Source: Macrostomum lignano
Taxonomy: Eukaryota
Assembly: GCA_002269645.1 (NCBI GenBank)
Contig: NIVC01002018.1
Location: 1-64,000 of the forward strand
Direction: 5' to 3'
DNA: 64,000 bases
The position numbers and the translations under genes were made by a program. This document shows, one piece after another, positions 1 through 12,300 of this stretch (its first letter is position 1; the number at the start of each line of letters is the position of its first letter). Below the pieces are notes generated by a model, which was not told the DNA's origin, searched no databases, and worked only from the letters and a program-made list of their open reading frames with translations.

Positions 1-3000
1 TCCAGATCGAACTTGCAAAGAGTGCTTCAATCTCGCCGTCAGCGTAACCGCGTCTACAATTTTTTTTTCATAGCGCACAGTGACTTCGCAAAACTTAGCA
101 TCTCTTAAAAAACATCTACAAAAATATCCAGCCATACTTTTAAAAATGTGACCCATATACCAGGCGATCCTTTTACAAAGTTATCTTTTTTTCCAGGTGA
201 TCCTTTTACCAGGTGACCGTTTTACCAGGTGATTCTTGTACCAGGTGACCCTTTTACCGGGTGACCGTTTTCCAGGTGACCGTTTTACCAGGTGATTCTT
301 GTACCAGGTGACCCTTTTACCGGGTGACCGTTTTTCCAGGTGACCGTTTTTCCAGGTGACCGTTTTACCAGGTGACCCTTTTACCAGGTGACCGTTTTAC
401 CAAGCAATCTTTTTACCAGGCGATCCTTTTACCAAGTGACCGTTTTACCAAGTGACCATTTTACCAGGTGACCGTTTTACCAGGTGACCCTTTTACCAGG
501 TGACCGTTTTACCAGGTGACCCTTCTACCAGGTGACCCTTTTACCAGGTGACCCTTTTACCAGGTGACCCTTTTACCAGGTGACCGTTTTACCAGGTGAC
601 CCTTTTACCAGGTGACCCTTCTACCAGGTGACCCTTTTACCAGGTGATCCTTTTACCAGGTGACCCTTTTACCAGGTGACCCTTCTACCAGGTGACCCTT
701 TTACCAGGTGACCCTTTTACCAGGTGACAGTTTTACCAGGTGACAGTTTTACCAGGTGACCCTTTTACTTCTAGTTGGTAGCACTTCTGGGTAAAATTAT
801 ATAGCTCATATATTGAATATAGAGTTTGCTCACTGTTTCAGCTCGGCCCTCCACTCCTCAAAGTCCAGCTGCTTGTCATTGTTGAGATCGGCCGATTGAA
901 TGGCCTTCTGAATGTCGACAATCTTGTCGCGACGCAAATTCAATTTCGACAGCATCCGACTGGCCCTCTGCTTGAAATAGTCGGTCATTTCGAATTCGTT
1001 CTGCTGCATTGACAGGTCAGACTTCACCTGGCTGTAGGTGTCGTTGATGATGGCCAGGAACATGTTGATCAGCACGAAGAAGACGAAGAACACATACAGG
1101 ATGAAGAAGATCGGTCCCAGTACGCGATTGGCAGTTTGCAGCGAGTTGAAATCGAAGTCGCCCAAGATGATGCGGAACAGGGTGAACACCGACTGCTGGA
1201 ACTCGCGGAAGTCTTTCACCTGGGTGCCGAAGATCAGGTAGCCCAGCTGGGCGAAGGCGAAGAACACAATGAAAAACATGATAGCAAAGCCCATCAGATC
1301 CTTGGCGCAGGCGCCCAGAGTGGAGCTAAGCTGCGTCATGGTCTTGTTGAAGCTGATGTACTTGAAGATCTTCACCCAGGCGAAGAACACCGTGATGGCA
1401 ATGCCGTGGTTGAACTGCTGCTGCCAGTAGGACAGGAAGTCAAAGTCAGGAAAGTTATTCTCGTCTTGCAGCAGGATGGTGAGCTTCTGGCCCACCGCGA
1501 CGGTCCGGTAGACGTTAAACGCAGCACAAACAGTGCTGATGACAATGACAAGGATGTCCAGACAGTTCCAGAAGCAGCGGAAGTAGCGCCACTTGTGCTT
1601 CTTGATCTCGAGGGCCTCCTCAACAATGTAGTAAAGGATGAAGAGCATGAAGACGCACTCGCAGGCTAAGATGAAGTAGTCCATGGGCTCAACGTAGCGC
1701 AGCAGCTTGACGGTACGCAGATCCCAGGTGGGTAGACAGCCACCTGTACATTAAATGCGACAGAGCACAGTTTGTATGATCAAACCGAGTGATATTGGCG
1801 TAGATGAATTGCTGTTTCTCTATTTGGAAGCCGAATCGTTTGTTAAGGACATTCTGCAGTATTTTTGCTAAACTCGCCTACGCTAGGGGTTCGGAAAAGT
1901 CCGGCCCGCAAAGCCTCTCCGGCCCGCAAAGCCTCTCCGGCCGCAAAGCCTCTCCGGCCCGCAAAGCCTCTCCGGCCCGCAAAGCCTCTCCGGCCCGCAA
2001 AGCCTCTCCGGCCCGCAAAGCCTCTCCGGCCCGCAAAGCCTCTCCGGCCCGCAAAGCCTCTCCGGCCCGCAAAGCCTCTCCGGCCCGCAAAGCCTCTCCG
2101 GCCCGCAAAGCCTCTCCGGCCCGCAAAGCCTCTCCGGCCCGCAAAGCCTCTCCGGCCCTCAGATCCTTTAAAGCTTCACAATCGCAATCCGGCGCGCTGG
2201 AGGTTTGTGTCTCTTCTCATCTCCACTCGCCTCCTCTTCTCTCCTCTCTCCTGTCGTCTCTCCTCTCCTCTTCTCTCATCTCCTCTCTCCTCTCCTCCCC
2301 TCTCTCCTATATCTTCTCCTCTCCTCTCCCCTCTCATCTCCTCTCCTCTCTTCTTTCCTCTCCTCTCCTCCCCTCTCTCCTATTTCTTCTCCTCTCCTCT
2401 CTCCTTTCCTCTCCTCTCCTCTCCTCTCCTCTCCTCTCTTTTTTCCTCTCCTCTCCTCTCCTCTCCTCTCCTCTCTCCTTTCCTCTCCTCTCCTCTCCTC
2501 TCCTCTCCTCTCTCCTTTCCTCTCCTCTCCTCTCCTCTCCTCTCCTCTCTCCTTTCCTCTCCGCTCCTCTCCTCTCCTCTCCTCTCTCCTTTCCTCTCCT
2601 CTCCTCTCTCTCCTCTCCTCTCCTCTCTCCTTTCCTCTCCTCTCCTCTCCTCTCCTCTCCTCTCTCCTTTCCTCTCCTCTCCTCTCCTCTCCTCTCTCTC
2701 TCCTTTCCTCTCCGCTCCTCTCCTCTCCTCACTCCTCTCTCCTCTCCTCTTCTATCTGATCCTTTTTCCTCTCCTCTCTAGACTCCTCTCCTTTCCTTTC
2801 CTTTCCTCTCTCTCTTTCCTCTTCCTCCTTTCCTTCCTCCTCTCCTTTCCTTTTACCTCGACTCTCATCTCTTATCTCTCATCTCTATGCTTACTTTTCT
2901 CTCTCCTCCTCCGGCCTCAGATAAAAAAGTTTTCAGACCTCTTGGTTTACACAGAAGATCCACATTTGCGATTTCTAGAGATTTTTTATTAATCCCCCTG

Positions 3001-5261
3001 TTAGGAAGCCCCTTAGTGAAGCATGGTCAATGAAGGATTTTATTCCCTGTCAGGTCTAAGCAACAATTTTTGCGTCGTTTGCCCTCTCTCCCTGGGAAAC
3101 AATCAGCTCACCCGTAGCCATGAACTCCGTGACCAGCCGGATGACGCAGAACAAGTTGATGTTGGCATTGTAGAGCGTGAAGTCGATGAAGACGGCCCTG
3201 GTGCCGCGGTTCACCCACAGCTTGTTGTAGAGCTCCTTGAGAATGGCCTGCGTCGTGGCCTTGTCTCGGGATAGTTCAACAGCGAAGCCGCCGCCGTCGT
3301 AGGACGAAATTTCGGCGTTGTGCGACCGGCCGTCGAGCTGCTCCTCGCTGCGGTACTGCCAGGCTGTGCTGTTGCCGAGGCCGAAGCTGCTTTTGTCGGT
3401 GACGCCGTAGCTGTACTTGGCGTAGCAGGTGGAGATTTTGCCCTGAAAGTAGGACGCGATGTTGCAGGACTGGTTGCTGACTCGAAGCTGACGGAGGCGT
3501 GGAACTCCGAGCAATTTGTTCTCGTAGTAGATGAAGTTCTTCTCGCGCGGATCCGAGAAATTGGCGCTGTTGTACCAGGTGTCCCAATACAGGCCGTTCA
3601 TCAGCGGGCCGTTCACGAACTGCGGTTGTTAAATTACGAGCTACATTTGAACTACTTTTCGGCTATGTACTCGAACAAATACGAAAGACCGAATCTTAGA
3701 CATAATTTTTTGCTTTCTCGACGCAAAATAAAAAGGACGTTTTACATCAGATGTCGGCAGGCAAAACTTTTTTAGAAGAACCTATCGCATGACTGCGGAC
3801 CAGAGGAGGGGAGAAATGAGAGAGATAAGCAACAGAGAGATGAGAGGCGAGAGGCGATGTGAAAAGAGAGGAGGGGAGAGAAGGGAGAGGAGAGGAGAAG
3901 AGACAGGAGACAGGAGAAAGGAGAGAGGAGAGAGAGAGAGAGAGCGAGGAGAGGAGAGAGAAGAGAGGAGAGAGAAGAGAGGAGAGAGAAGAGAGGAGAG
4001 GAGACGAGAGAGGAGAGAGGAGAGAGGAGAGGGAAGAGAGGAGAGAGGAGAGAGGTGAGAGGAGAGGGAAGAGAGGAGAGAGGAGAGAGGAGAGAGGAGA
4101 GGAAGAGAGGAGAGAGGAGAGAGGAGAGAGGAGAGGGAAGAGAGGAGAGAGGAGAGAGGAGAGAGGAGAGGGAAGAGAGGAGAGAGGAGAGAGGTGAGAG
4201 GAGAGGGAAGAGAGGAGAGAGGAGAGAGGTGAGAGGAGAGGGAAGAGAGGAGAGAGGAGAGAGAGAGACGAGAGGAGAGGAGGCGAAGGGAGCTGAGAAG
4301 ACACGAACCTTGAGCGGGCCGGATTGCTATTGTGAGTTCCAAAGGACGCCATGGCCGGATAGAGAGGCTTCGCGGGCCGCATATGGCCCACGGTCCGGAG
4401 TCTGCCAACCCCATGCAGTTGTACATGTATAGATTTTGTCTTCAAAAATTTCGGCAAGTATTAAAATGTTCTTTCAAAAAAGGTCAAAGAAAACCAAACC
4501 AAACAGAATTCGGAAGGACGTTCCATCAATTATCACCAAAAAGGCGATCTAGTTTTACTGCCACAATGCCGATAAAAATTGATTCTGAAGCAACCCGGAA
4601 AGACTCACGCTCCACCAGTCGCCCATATTTCCAACGCTGCGATAATTGTTAGTGGTGTTTTCAATTTTGGTATCCAGAAAGAGGTCGCTCAGCACCTTCG
4701 TGTAATAGTACATTGTGCTGCTGGTCATCCCGAAGGTAACTGCAATTAGCGGTAGCGTTAAAATGAAAGCTGTAGTGTCACAGGGACTCTTTTAACTAAC
4801 GGTAATAAAACTTACTGATCATGAGCACAATGATGAAGATGCAATAGATGATTAGCTCCCGCAGAGTGGTCTTGATGTACAGCTCTCGGTCCTCTTTAGT
4901 GTCCTGCGTGTCTCGAGTTCGCCATATCGCTGCAAAATTTTTAGAGGGGGGGACAGAGCATAAAATATTTAATTTTAATAGAGCCGCCATACATGCTAAA
5001 TTTGATTTACAAGCCCCACTCACACTGTAGGCCGTGCTTGCAGGACTTCAGGCAGCCGCAGCCGCTCTTGCCATCGCCGTCGCCGTCTTTGCCATCGGCG
5101 TCGAGCTGACGATGCCCTCCGGCGCTTTGGCCTCGAACGGCGATCGGTTCGGTGTCCAAGACGTTCGGGTTCTCGAGTCCAGTCTCCCAGGCCTGCATCG
5201 TGCTCGATCGGCCGGTAGACGGCCTCGACATTGGTGGCTCGTTTGCTTGGGCAGTCGCCAT
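1..5261 (-). CDS. PKD2: Polycystin-2 (TRPP2/PKD2-family) cation channel, 3'-partial, multi-exon
   Basis: Exons reconstructed with GT-AG sites and consistent phases: 5261-5024, 4929-4816, 4739-4609, 3619-3112, 1743-834, 53-<1. Motifs: [73 protein letters not shown], pore [30 protein letters not shown]-hand [12 protein letters not shown]. Start at [10 protein letters not shown] (5261) is inferred. PKD2 versus PKD2L1 cannot be resolved by eye. Confidence 0.93.
193..767. repeat. 16-bp minisatellite (CCAGGTGACC[C/G]TTTTA)n in PKD2 intron
   Basis: Direct reading of tandem units between exons 834-1743 and 1-53. Confidence 0.95.
1884..2944 (+). mobile_element. Charlie-like hAT MITE copy with internal 18-bp tandem expansion (CCGGCCCGCAAAGCCTCT)n and CT-rich tract
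   Basis: Begins TAGGGGTTCGGAAAAG, ends TTTTCAGACCTCTTG (imperfect inverted match). Core GGCCCGCAAAGCCTCT...CTTCACAAT.GCAATCCGG...AGGTTTGTGTCT is shared with copies at 3748-4415, about 25490-25900, about 38600-38817 and about 39440-39700. 18-bp array about 1900-2157, CT tract about 2205-2900. Confidence 0.6.
3748..4415 (-). mobile_element. Second copy of the Charlie-like MITE family (reverse orientation, GA-rich tract)
   Basis: Ends CAGATGTCGGCAG and CTGCCAACCCCATG. 4290-4400 is the reverse complement of the core seen at 2140-2215. GA-rich tract 3800-4290. No clean TSD found. Confidence 0.55.
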
Positions 5262-5446
5262 TCTTAGTGCTCCTGTTCTCGGTTCAAGAAGAATTAATTT
5301 CCTCCGTGTAATCCTCCGGGTAAAATCCCAACCTTGGCTGCTTTTATGCCGGAATCCACAGGTAAACACACGGTGCGACACGCTCGCAAGCCCAGCCCTT
5401 ACTCGGCAGGCCCATTCTGGACTGAGGAGGGGCCAGAGTTTCTCTC

Positions 5447-5460
5447 ATCTCCATGACAAC
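5447..5460. promoter_or_regulatory. RFX X-box motif upstream of PKD2
   Basis: ATCTCCATGACAAC matches the X-box consensus RTHNYY-WT-RRNRAC at all 14 positions; 186 bp upstream of the inferred ATG (5261). Confidence 0.6.
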
Positions 5461-6411
5461 AATCGGATAAACAATAGAGAGAGAGGAGAGAAAATGAGAT
5501 TCAGAGGTAGAGAGTTGAACGGGGGACGCACGGCTTTTGTTAGGATTCTCAAACAGCAGGAAGAAGTTCGTAGCGACCCGCGGCTAGTGGGAGAAAAGAG
5601 CATTTTAGAGGAAGTTTGACGAGCAAAGCGTGGAAAGGGAGGGGACGCCGGGAACAGGGGGTGGGGACCTGGACCAATATTTGTCGTAGAAACTGGGTAA
5701 ACACGCGAAGGATGAAGGCGAAGCAGCCCAGGCAGACTGAGCAGGGAGTATTGACTGATGGAGGCAGCAGCTGCTGCTTCAGCAGGACCTGCTCCACGGT
5801 TTTGGCCTCTTCCATCTCTGCCTATGGAGGGAAAACAATGGATTTCTGGCTTCGTGTGAAACAGCTGTGTAAAAGCTGGAAAATCGAAGCCCCCAAGCAT
5901 TGATTGTTGCTGCTATTAGTGGACCAAACTGAGCACAGGTATAGCAGCTGATGTGGAGTGTATCGCGAAAGACTTTTGGTGCATTTAGTGCTTGCGTCCA
6001 AGCCCGCGCCGATTTCCATGCAATCCCTTCGGATCTAAAAGCAAGATCTTATAAGTGATTTTCCTATAAGTGAGTACCTCTGAACGTCATGTACTGTAAA
6101 GACGGCGTGGGTTGCACCACAAGACTATATTAAATCGTTACTGTTGTCCTCTTTGTAATGTTGCACTTTTAACGTTTTAAATACAATCGTTTCGGCTTCG
6201 TCTATGGCCCAGCCCGATATCGGGCAGAGAATGGGCCATTTCTTAAGCAGTCTTGCCCGCAAAATCAAGCAAGAATAAGTTGCATGGCTGCTCTTATGTG
6301 AAAATGAATGCACTTTTTAAGCCTCCCGATGTAGCAAGCGTTGAAGAGCCTTCAGTAAAGTTCTTCATCAATCGGTAAATTTAATTTAAAGGGACGTCCC
6401 CTGCCTCTCGG

Positions 6412-8030
6412 TGGGCGCCCGTCTCTTGGTGGGCGCCCCCTGTCTCTTGGTGAGCGCCCCTGTCTCTTGGTGGTGGCCCCCTGTCAATTGGTGGGTGCCC
6501 CTGTCCCTTGGTAAGCGCCCCTGTCTCTTGATGGGCGCCCCCTGTCAATTGGTGGGCGCCCCTGTCTCTTGATGCGCGCCCCTGTCAATTGATGGGTGCC
6601 CCTGTCTCTTGATGGGCGCCCTTTCTCTTGATGGGCGCCCCCTGTCAATTGGTGGGTGCCCCTGTCTCTTGGTGGGCGCCCCTGTCTCTTGGTGGGCGCC
6701 CTTTCTCTTGATGGGCGCCCCCTGTCAATTGGTGGGTGCCCCCGTCTCTTGGTGGGCGCCCCCTGTCTCTTGGTAAGCGCCCCTGTCTCTTGGTGGTGGC
6801 CCCCTGTCAATTGGTGGGTGCCCCTGTCCCTTGGTAAGCGCCCCTGTCTCTTGATGGGCGCCCCCTGTCAATTGGTGGGCGCCCCTGTCTCTTGATGCGC
6901 GCCCCTGTCAATTGATGGGTGCCCCTGTCTCTTGATGGGCACCCCCTGTCAATTGATAGGCGCCCTTGTCTCTTGGTAGGCGCCCCTGTCTCTTGGTGGG
7001 CGCCCCTGTCTCTTGGTGGGCGCCCCTGTCTCTTGGTAGGCGCCCTTGTCTCTTGGTGGGCGCCCCTGTCTCTTGGTAGGCGCCCTTGTCTCTTGGTGGG
7101 CGCCCCCTGTCAATTGGTGGGTGCCCCCTGTCCCTTGGTAAGCGCCCCTGTCTCTTGGTAAGCGCCCCTGTCTCTTGATGGGCGCCCCTGTCAATTGGTG
7201 GGTGCCCCCTGTCCCTTGGTAAGCGCCCCTGTCTTTTGGTAAGCGCCCCTGTCTCTTGGTAGGCGCCCCTGTCTCTTGGTAGGCGCCCCTGTCTCTTGGT
7301 AGGCGCCCCTGTCTCTTGGTAGGCGGCCCTGTCTCTTGGTAAGGGCCCTTTCTCTTGATGGGCGCCCCCTGTCAATTGGTAAGCGCCCCTGTCTCTTGAT
7401 GGGCGCCCCCTGTCAATTGGTAAGCGCCCCTGTCTCTTGATGGGCGCCCCCTGTCAATTGGTGGGCGCCCTTGTCTCTTGGTAAGCGCCCCTGTCTCTTG
7501 GTAAGCGCCCCTGTCTCTTGGTAGGCGCCCCTGTCTCTTGGTAAGGGCCCTTTCTCTTGATGGGCGCCCCCTGTCAATTGGTGGGCGCCCCTGTCTCTTA
7601 ATGCGCGCCCCTGTCAATTGGTGGGTGCCCCTGTCTCTTGATGGGCGCCCCCTGTCAATTGGTGGGCGCCCCTGTCTCTTGGTGGGCGCCCTTGTCTCTT
7701 GGTAGACGCCCCTGTCTCTTGGTAAGGGCCCTTTCTCTTGATGGGCGCCCCCTGTCAATTGGTAAGCGCCCCTGTCTCTTGATGGGCGCCCCCTGTCAAT
7801 TGGTAAGCGCCCCTGTCTCTTGATGGGCGCCCCCTGTCAATTGGTGGGCGCCCTTGTCTCTTGGTGGGCGCCCCTGTCTCTTGGTAAGCGCCCCTGTCTC
7901 TTGGTGGGCGCCCTTGTCTCTTGGTAGACGCCCCTGTCTCTTGGTAAGGGCCCTTTCTCTTGATGGGCGCCCCCTGTCAATTGGTGGACGCCTTTGTCTC
8001 TTGGTGAGTAGTCCTTGGGTGGGCACCCCT
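6412..8030. repeat. 20-21-bp minisatellite (GGGCGCCCCTGTCTCTTGGT and variants with CAATTG)
   Basis: Direct reading; accounts for all ORFs in 6484-8168. Confidence 0.95.
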
Positions 8031-9377
8031 GTCTCCTATCTGGGCGCCCCTATTACCTTGGTAGGTGTCCCCACCCCTGTCTCCAAGGCCTGTGGATGCC
8101 CCGTCCAGGAGGTGACAAAGTTGTTGAAACCATGTTATTTATCAAGCTTGATTGCCTGTTTCATTTAGTTGTTGGAAGAATCAATTTTTGTCGAGCGATG
8201 GAGGGCCGCGGCCCCCTGGTCCCCCCTCTGCGTACTCCACTGCTATACCGTACAGAGTACTGCTCTGGACCGGCTCAACCGCATGGAGACCCCAGAAACC
8301 GATAAAAAGTGGCATGGTAACGAAGCCTTCGGATTGGTTGCATACCCTGCTGTACCGTAATTTTGTCGAAGCAGCCATAGACAGTACGTTGTGGTGTCAA
8401 AGGATCTCTGATAGCTTGTAACATCATTTACTAGCACCTGTGTAGATAAAGGAATTCTTAGGACCCCGGATATTAACCTGGAACTAATTTTAACTTAGAA
8501 CACAAGGCAAAAGCGTGCACATTACTGATTGTCTCTGTTCTATAAAAGTACAGAATTTTGCTATCATTTAAAAATGAGTCATAAAACAAAGAAGTCGGAA
8601 TTTTCTCTTTCTGAAACATTTCTCAGAAAAAAACGAAGAAAAACAAATATTCAAGAATAATAAATGATTAAGACACATATATTCAGCCGATTTTTGTTAA
8701 GACTCAAACAGTAAACGCATATTTAAGTTTGTCTTTAAAATTTTGTATAAAACTTGTCAGAAAAAAAGTGTGCAAGACGAATCATGGCACTAAAAGCCAT
8801 AACATGCATTGCACTTGATAAAATATTTTTAGTAGAATAGCAACAGAAATATTTAAATAACACAGAAAAATTAAATAGTTTGTTAGTTAATTATTAATAT
8901 TGTGCAGCATTATTTCTAAGAAACAACAATCAATGCCGTTTGTTTAAAAATCACTCACGAAATTTAAACAAATATTATTAGAAAATCTAGAAGACTCGAG
9001 GACAAGGCAATTGGTCTGTAGAGGTGCTACTGAATCACAAAATAAGTCTTTATGGCTCTGGTAAACCAAAACTTTTGTAAATTTTTGAAATACATGTAAA
9101 TACAAACATATAGAATTTATCTAAATTAGTAATATTATTGTAATTGCTCAGTGTATGCATAGTGTCGTATAGACAAATTTAACACTAAAATATGTCAACA
9201 GGATTGCAGAAAAACAGAGAATAAATATGAAAAGAAAGGATATATATGCGTATATTGAACTGCGCAATTTCTGATTGAAAAAAATATAAATAAAAACTTC
9301 GAGATTCGGAATTGCAAGTTATATTTTGTTCCCATGCACTACTAACACCAAGTAGAGTTGATTGCATTTTAAACAGT

Positions 9378-12300
9378 TCAATTTTCGCCAATAAGAGCCA
9401 GCAAAATTTTGCAGTAATCCCCGCTTGTATCGTCCTTGATCCACTGGGCCAAACTCTGGCCGAATTCTTTCTGGAAGGCGTCCTTGATCTGCACCATGTC
9501 CACCTCGCAGCGGCTGATAATAATGCGCAGGAGGGTGCGGTCGTCCGTGCCTGTGGGTTCCAGTGAGATCGGCTGTGCACCCTGCATCAATCCAGACTCC
9601 CTGCATCAATCCAGGCACCCTACACCAATCCAGGCACCCTGCATCAATCCAGGCACCCTACATCAATCTAGGCACCCTACATCAATCCAGGCACCCTACA
9701 TCAATACAGGCACCCTGCGTCAATCCAGACTCCCTGCATCAATCCAGGCACCCTGCGTCAATCCAGACTCCCTGCATCAATCCAGGCACCCTGCGTCAAT
9801 CCAGACTCCCTGCATCAATCCAGGCACCCTGCGTCAATCCAGACTCCCTACATCAATCTAGGCACCCTACATCAATCCAGACTCCCTGCATCAATCCAGG
9901 CACCCTGCGTCAATCCAGACTCCCTGCATCAATCCAGGCACCCTGCGTCAATCCAGACTCCCTACATCAATCTAGGCACCCTACATCAATCCAGACTCCC
10001 TGCATCAATCCAGGCACCCTGCGTCAATCCAGACTCCCTGCATCAATCCAGGCACCCTACACCAATCCAGGCACCCTGCATCAATCCAGGCACCCTACAT
10101 CAATCTAGGCACCCTACATCAATCCAGGCACCCTACATCAATCCAGACTTCCTACATCAATCCAGGCACCCTACATCAATCTAGGCACCCTACATCAATC
10201 CAGACTCCCTGCATCAATCCAGGCACCCTACATCAATCCAGGCGCCCTAAATCAATCCAGACTCCCCTGCATCAATCCAGGCACCCTACATCAATCCAGG
10301 CACCCTACATCAATCCAGACTTCCTGCATCAATCCAGGCACCCTACATCAATCCAGGCGCCCTAAATCAATCCAGACTCCCTGCATCAATCCAGGCACCC
10401 TACATCAATCCAGGCACCCTACATCAATCCAGACTTCCTGCATCAATCCAGGCACCCTACATCAATCCAGGCGCCCTAAATCAATCCAGACTCCCTGCAT
10501 CAATCCAGGCACCCTACATCAATCCAGGCACCCTACATCAATCCAGACTCCCTGCATCAATCCAGACACCCTGCGTCAATCCAGGCACCCTGAATCAATC
10601 CAGGCACTCTACATCAATCCAGACTCCCTGCATCAATTCATGCACCCTGCATCAATACAGGTACACAAAAGTACCAATCTAGGCACTTGGTACTGATATC
10701 CAGGCACTCACCCAGTCCTTTCATGGACTTTTGCAGCGCCTTGGCAAAGTAGGCTGGCTTATTCTGCACGCATCTGATGAGAGTCAGCATCGCTTTGAGC
10801 AGGTCGCCCGACATCTCCGACTTCAAGGAATCCTCCAGCGTCTTGCCAGTGAGGCTCTCGTACTCGGCGAACACCGCCCGCAGGTGGGCATTGTTGTTGC
10901 CGCAGAGGATCTCATTAAATTTGCTCTCGTCGGTGCCCCACTTGCCAATGCCGGCCTCCTGCAGGGCCTGGGCGTCCTTCTTGGCCTGCACGGGGTCGAA
11001 GGAGCTGCCCTCGGGCCGGGCGCCAGTCAGCAGCGACACCAGAATGCGCTTGAAGTGGCCGGAGGTCTCCGACATCACGTCCTCCTCGAGGTCGCGATTG
11101 TACACTGCAAAGAGACGGAAGTTGACCGATCAGTTGTCAATCGAGACTAAGACCTGATCACTTCGACACCTAAAATACATCGCGTACGAAGAACAAAATA
11201 AAGCAGTGCGCTCACTGTTGTGGTAGATTTTCTTCACCTCCTGCACCTGGGCTTGGGTTCTGGTGCAGATGACCTCGATCAGGCAGTCCTCGTCCGTGCC
11301 GAGGCCTTTCATAGCCGCGCGCAGCTCCATAGCGTCGTACTCGGCCGCGCCCAGGCACAAGTTCTGGCAGATTTTGTTGAAGTTGCCGCTCAACTCGCTA
11401 TCCAAATCAGCTTTGAGATCCTTGCCGTACTTCATCTTGAAGGCGCGGACAATCTCCTGACGCTGAGAGACGGTCCGATGGCCCAGAACATTGATGATGC
11501 TCTCCTCGTTGGTGCCGAGGCCTTTCATGGCCTTACGCAGCTGCTCAGCGTCGGCGTTGGCGTTGAAGCTGTCGTAGGGCTTCAGCGTGCCCTCCTGGAC
11601 GTACTCCTCCTGCTGGAAGTAGGCCTCGTCCACTGGCTCGGGCGGCTGCTCCTCCGGCGCCTTCAACTTGATGGCGTCGGCCTTCTCGTGACTGGTCTGC
11701 TTGACCTCCGTCTCCATCTTGTGATTCGGCGGGGGCGTCGGGTTCCTGCGCCTCGGCGGCGGCGGAGTCGGCGCCTTCTTGGCTGGCGGCTGTTTCGGCT
11801 TCGGCGGCGGCTGCACCTTCGGCTCGCTCAACGGCTTCTTGTAGCCCGGCTTACCGATCTGCACCGTCAGCAGGTAGGAGTCGGTGGACTCGTCCAGCTC
11901 AGCTGAAATCACCTGCGTCAGGTCGGGTAGTCAGTCGGAGGAAGGGCGTGGTGAAAAAAACAACTTAAAAGCGTTGAAATGTGACTCCAGGACTCCAGGG
12001 TTGAAATGTGACCAGCACAAAATGGAATTCATAGGCAAAATGATCCCACTAGTACCAGTATGAAAATGTGGCATCAACCTGAAGTTCCTTTAACTCCAAG
12101 ATAAACTTCAACGAAGTTTTAAAAGCTTTCCACAAATGCTGGGTGTAAATAATTGGTCTGAGGCTAAAACGTTCCAACCTTTCCAAATTTTGGCCCGCCA
12201 ACGGCCGCCTGAAAGTCGCCATCGGAGCGAGCGTACTGGAGCAGGTGAGCGTAGACGTGCTGCAGCTGCTTCTTGAAGTCGCCGTCTCCTTTGCTGACGG

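Noticed and set aside
1804-4457. Ser/Leu/Pro-rich and Arg/Glu-rich ORFs
   Set aside because: They are translations of 18-bp and CT/GA tracts in PKD2 introns.
5445-6019. Short overlapping ORFs upstream of PKD2 as a separate gene
   Set aside because: No recognisable domain or consistent splice structure; likely promoter or UTR sequence.
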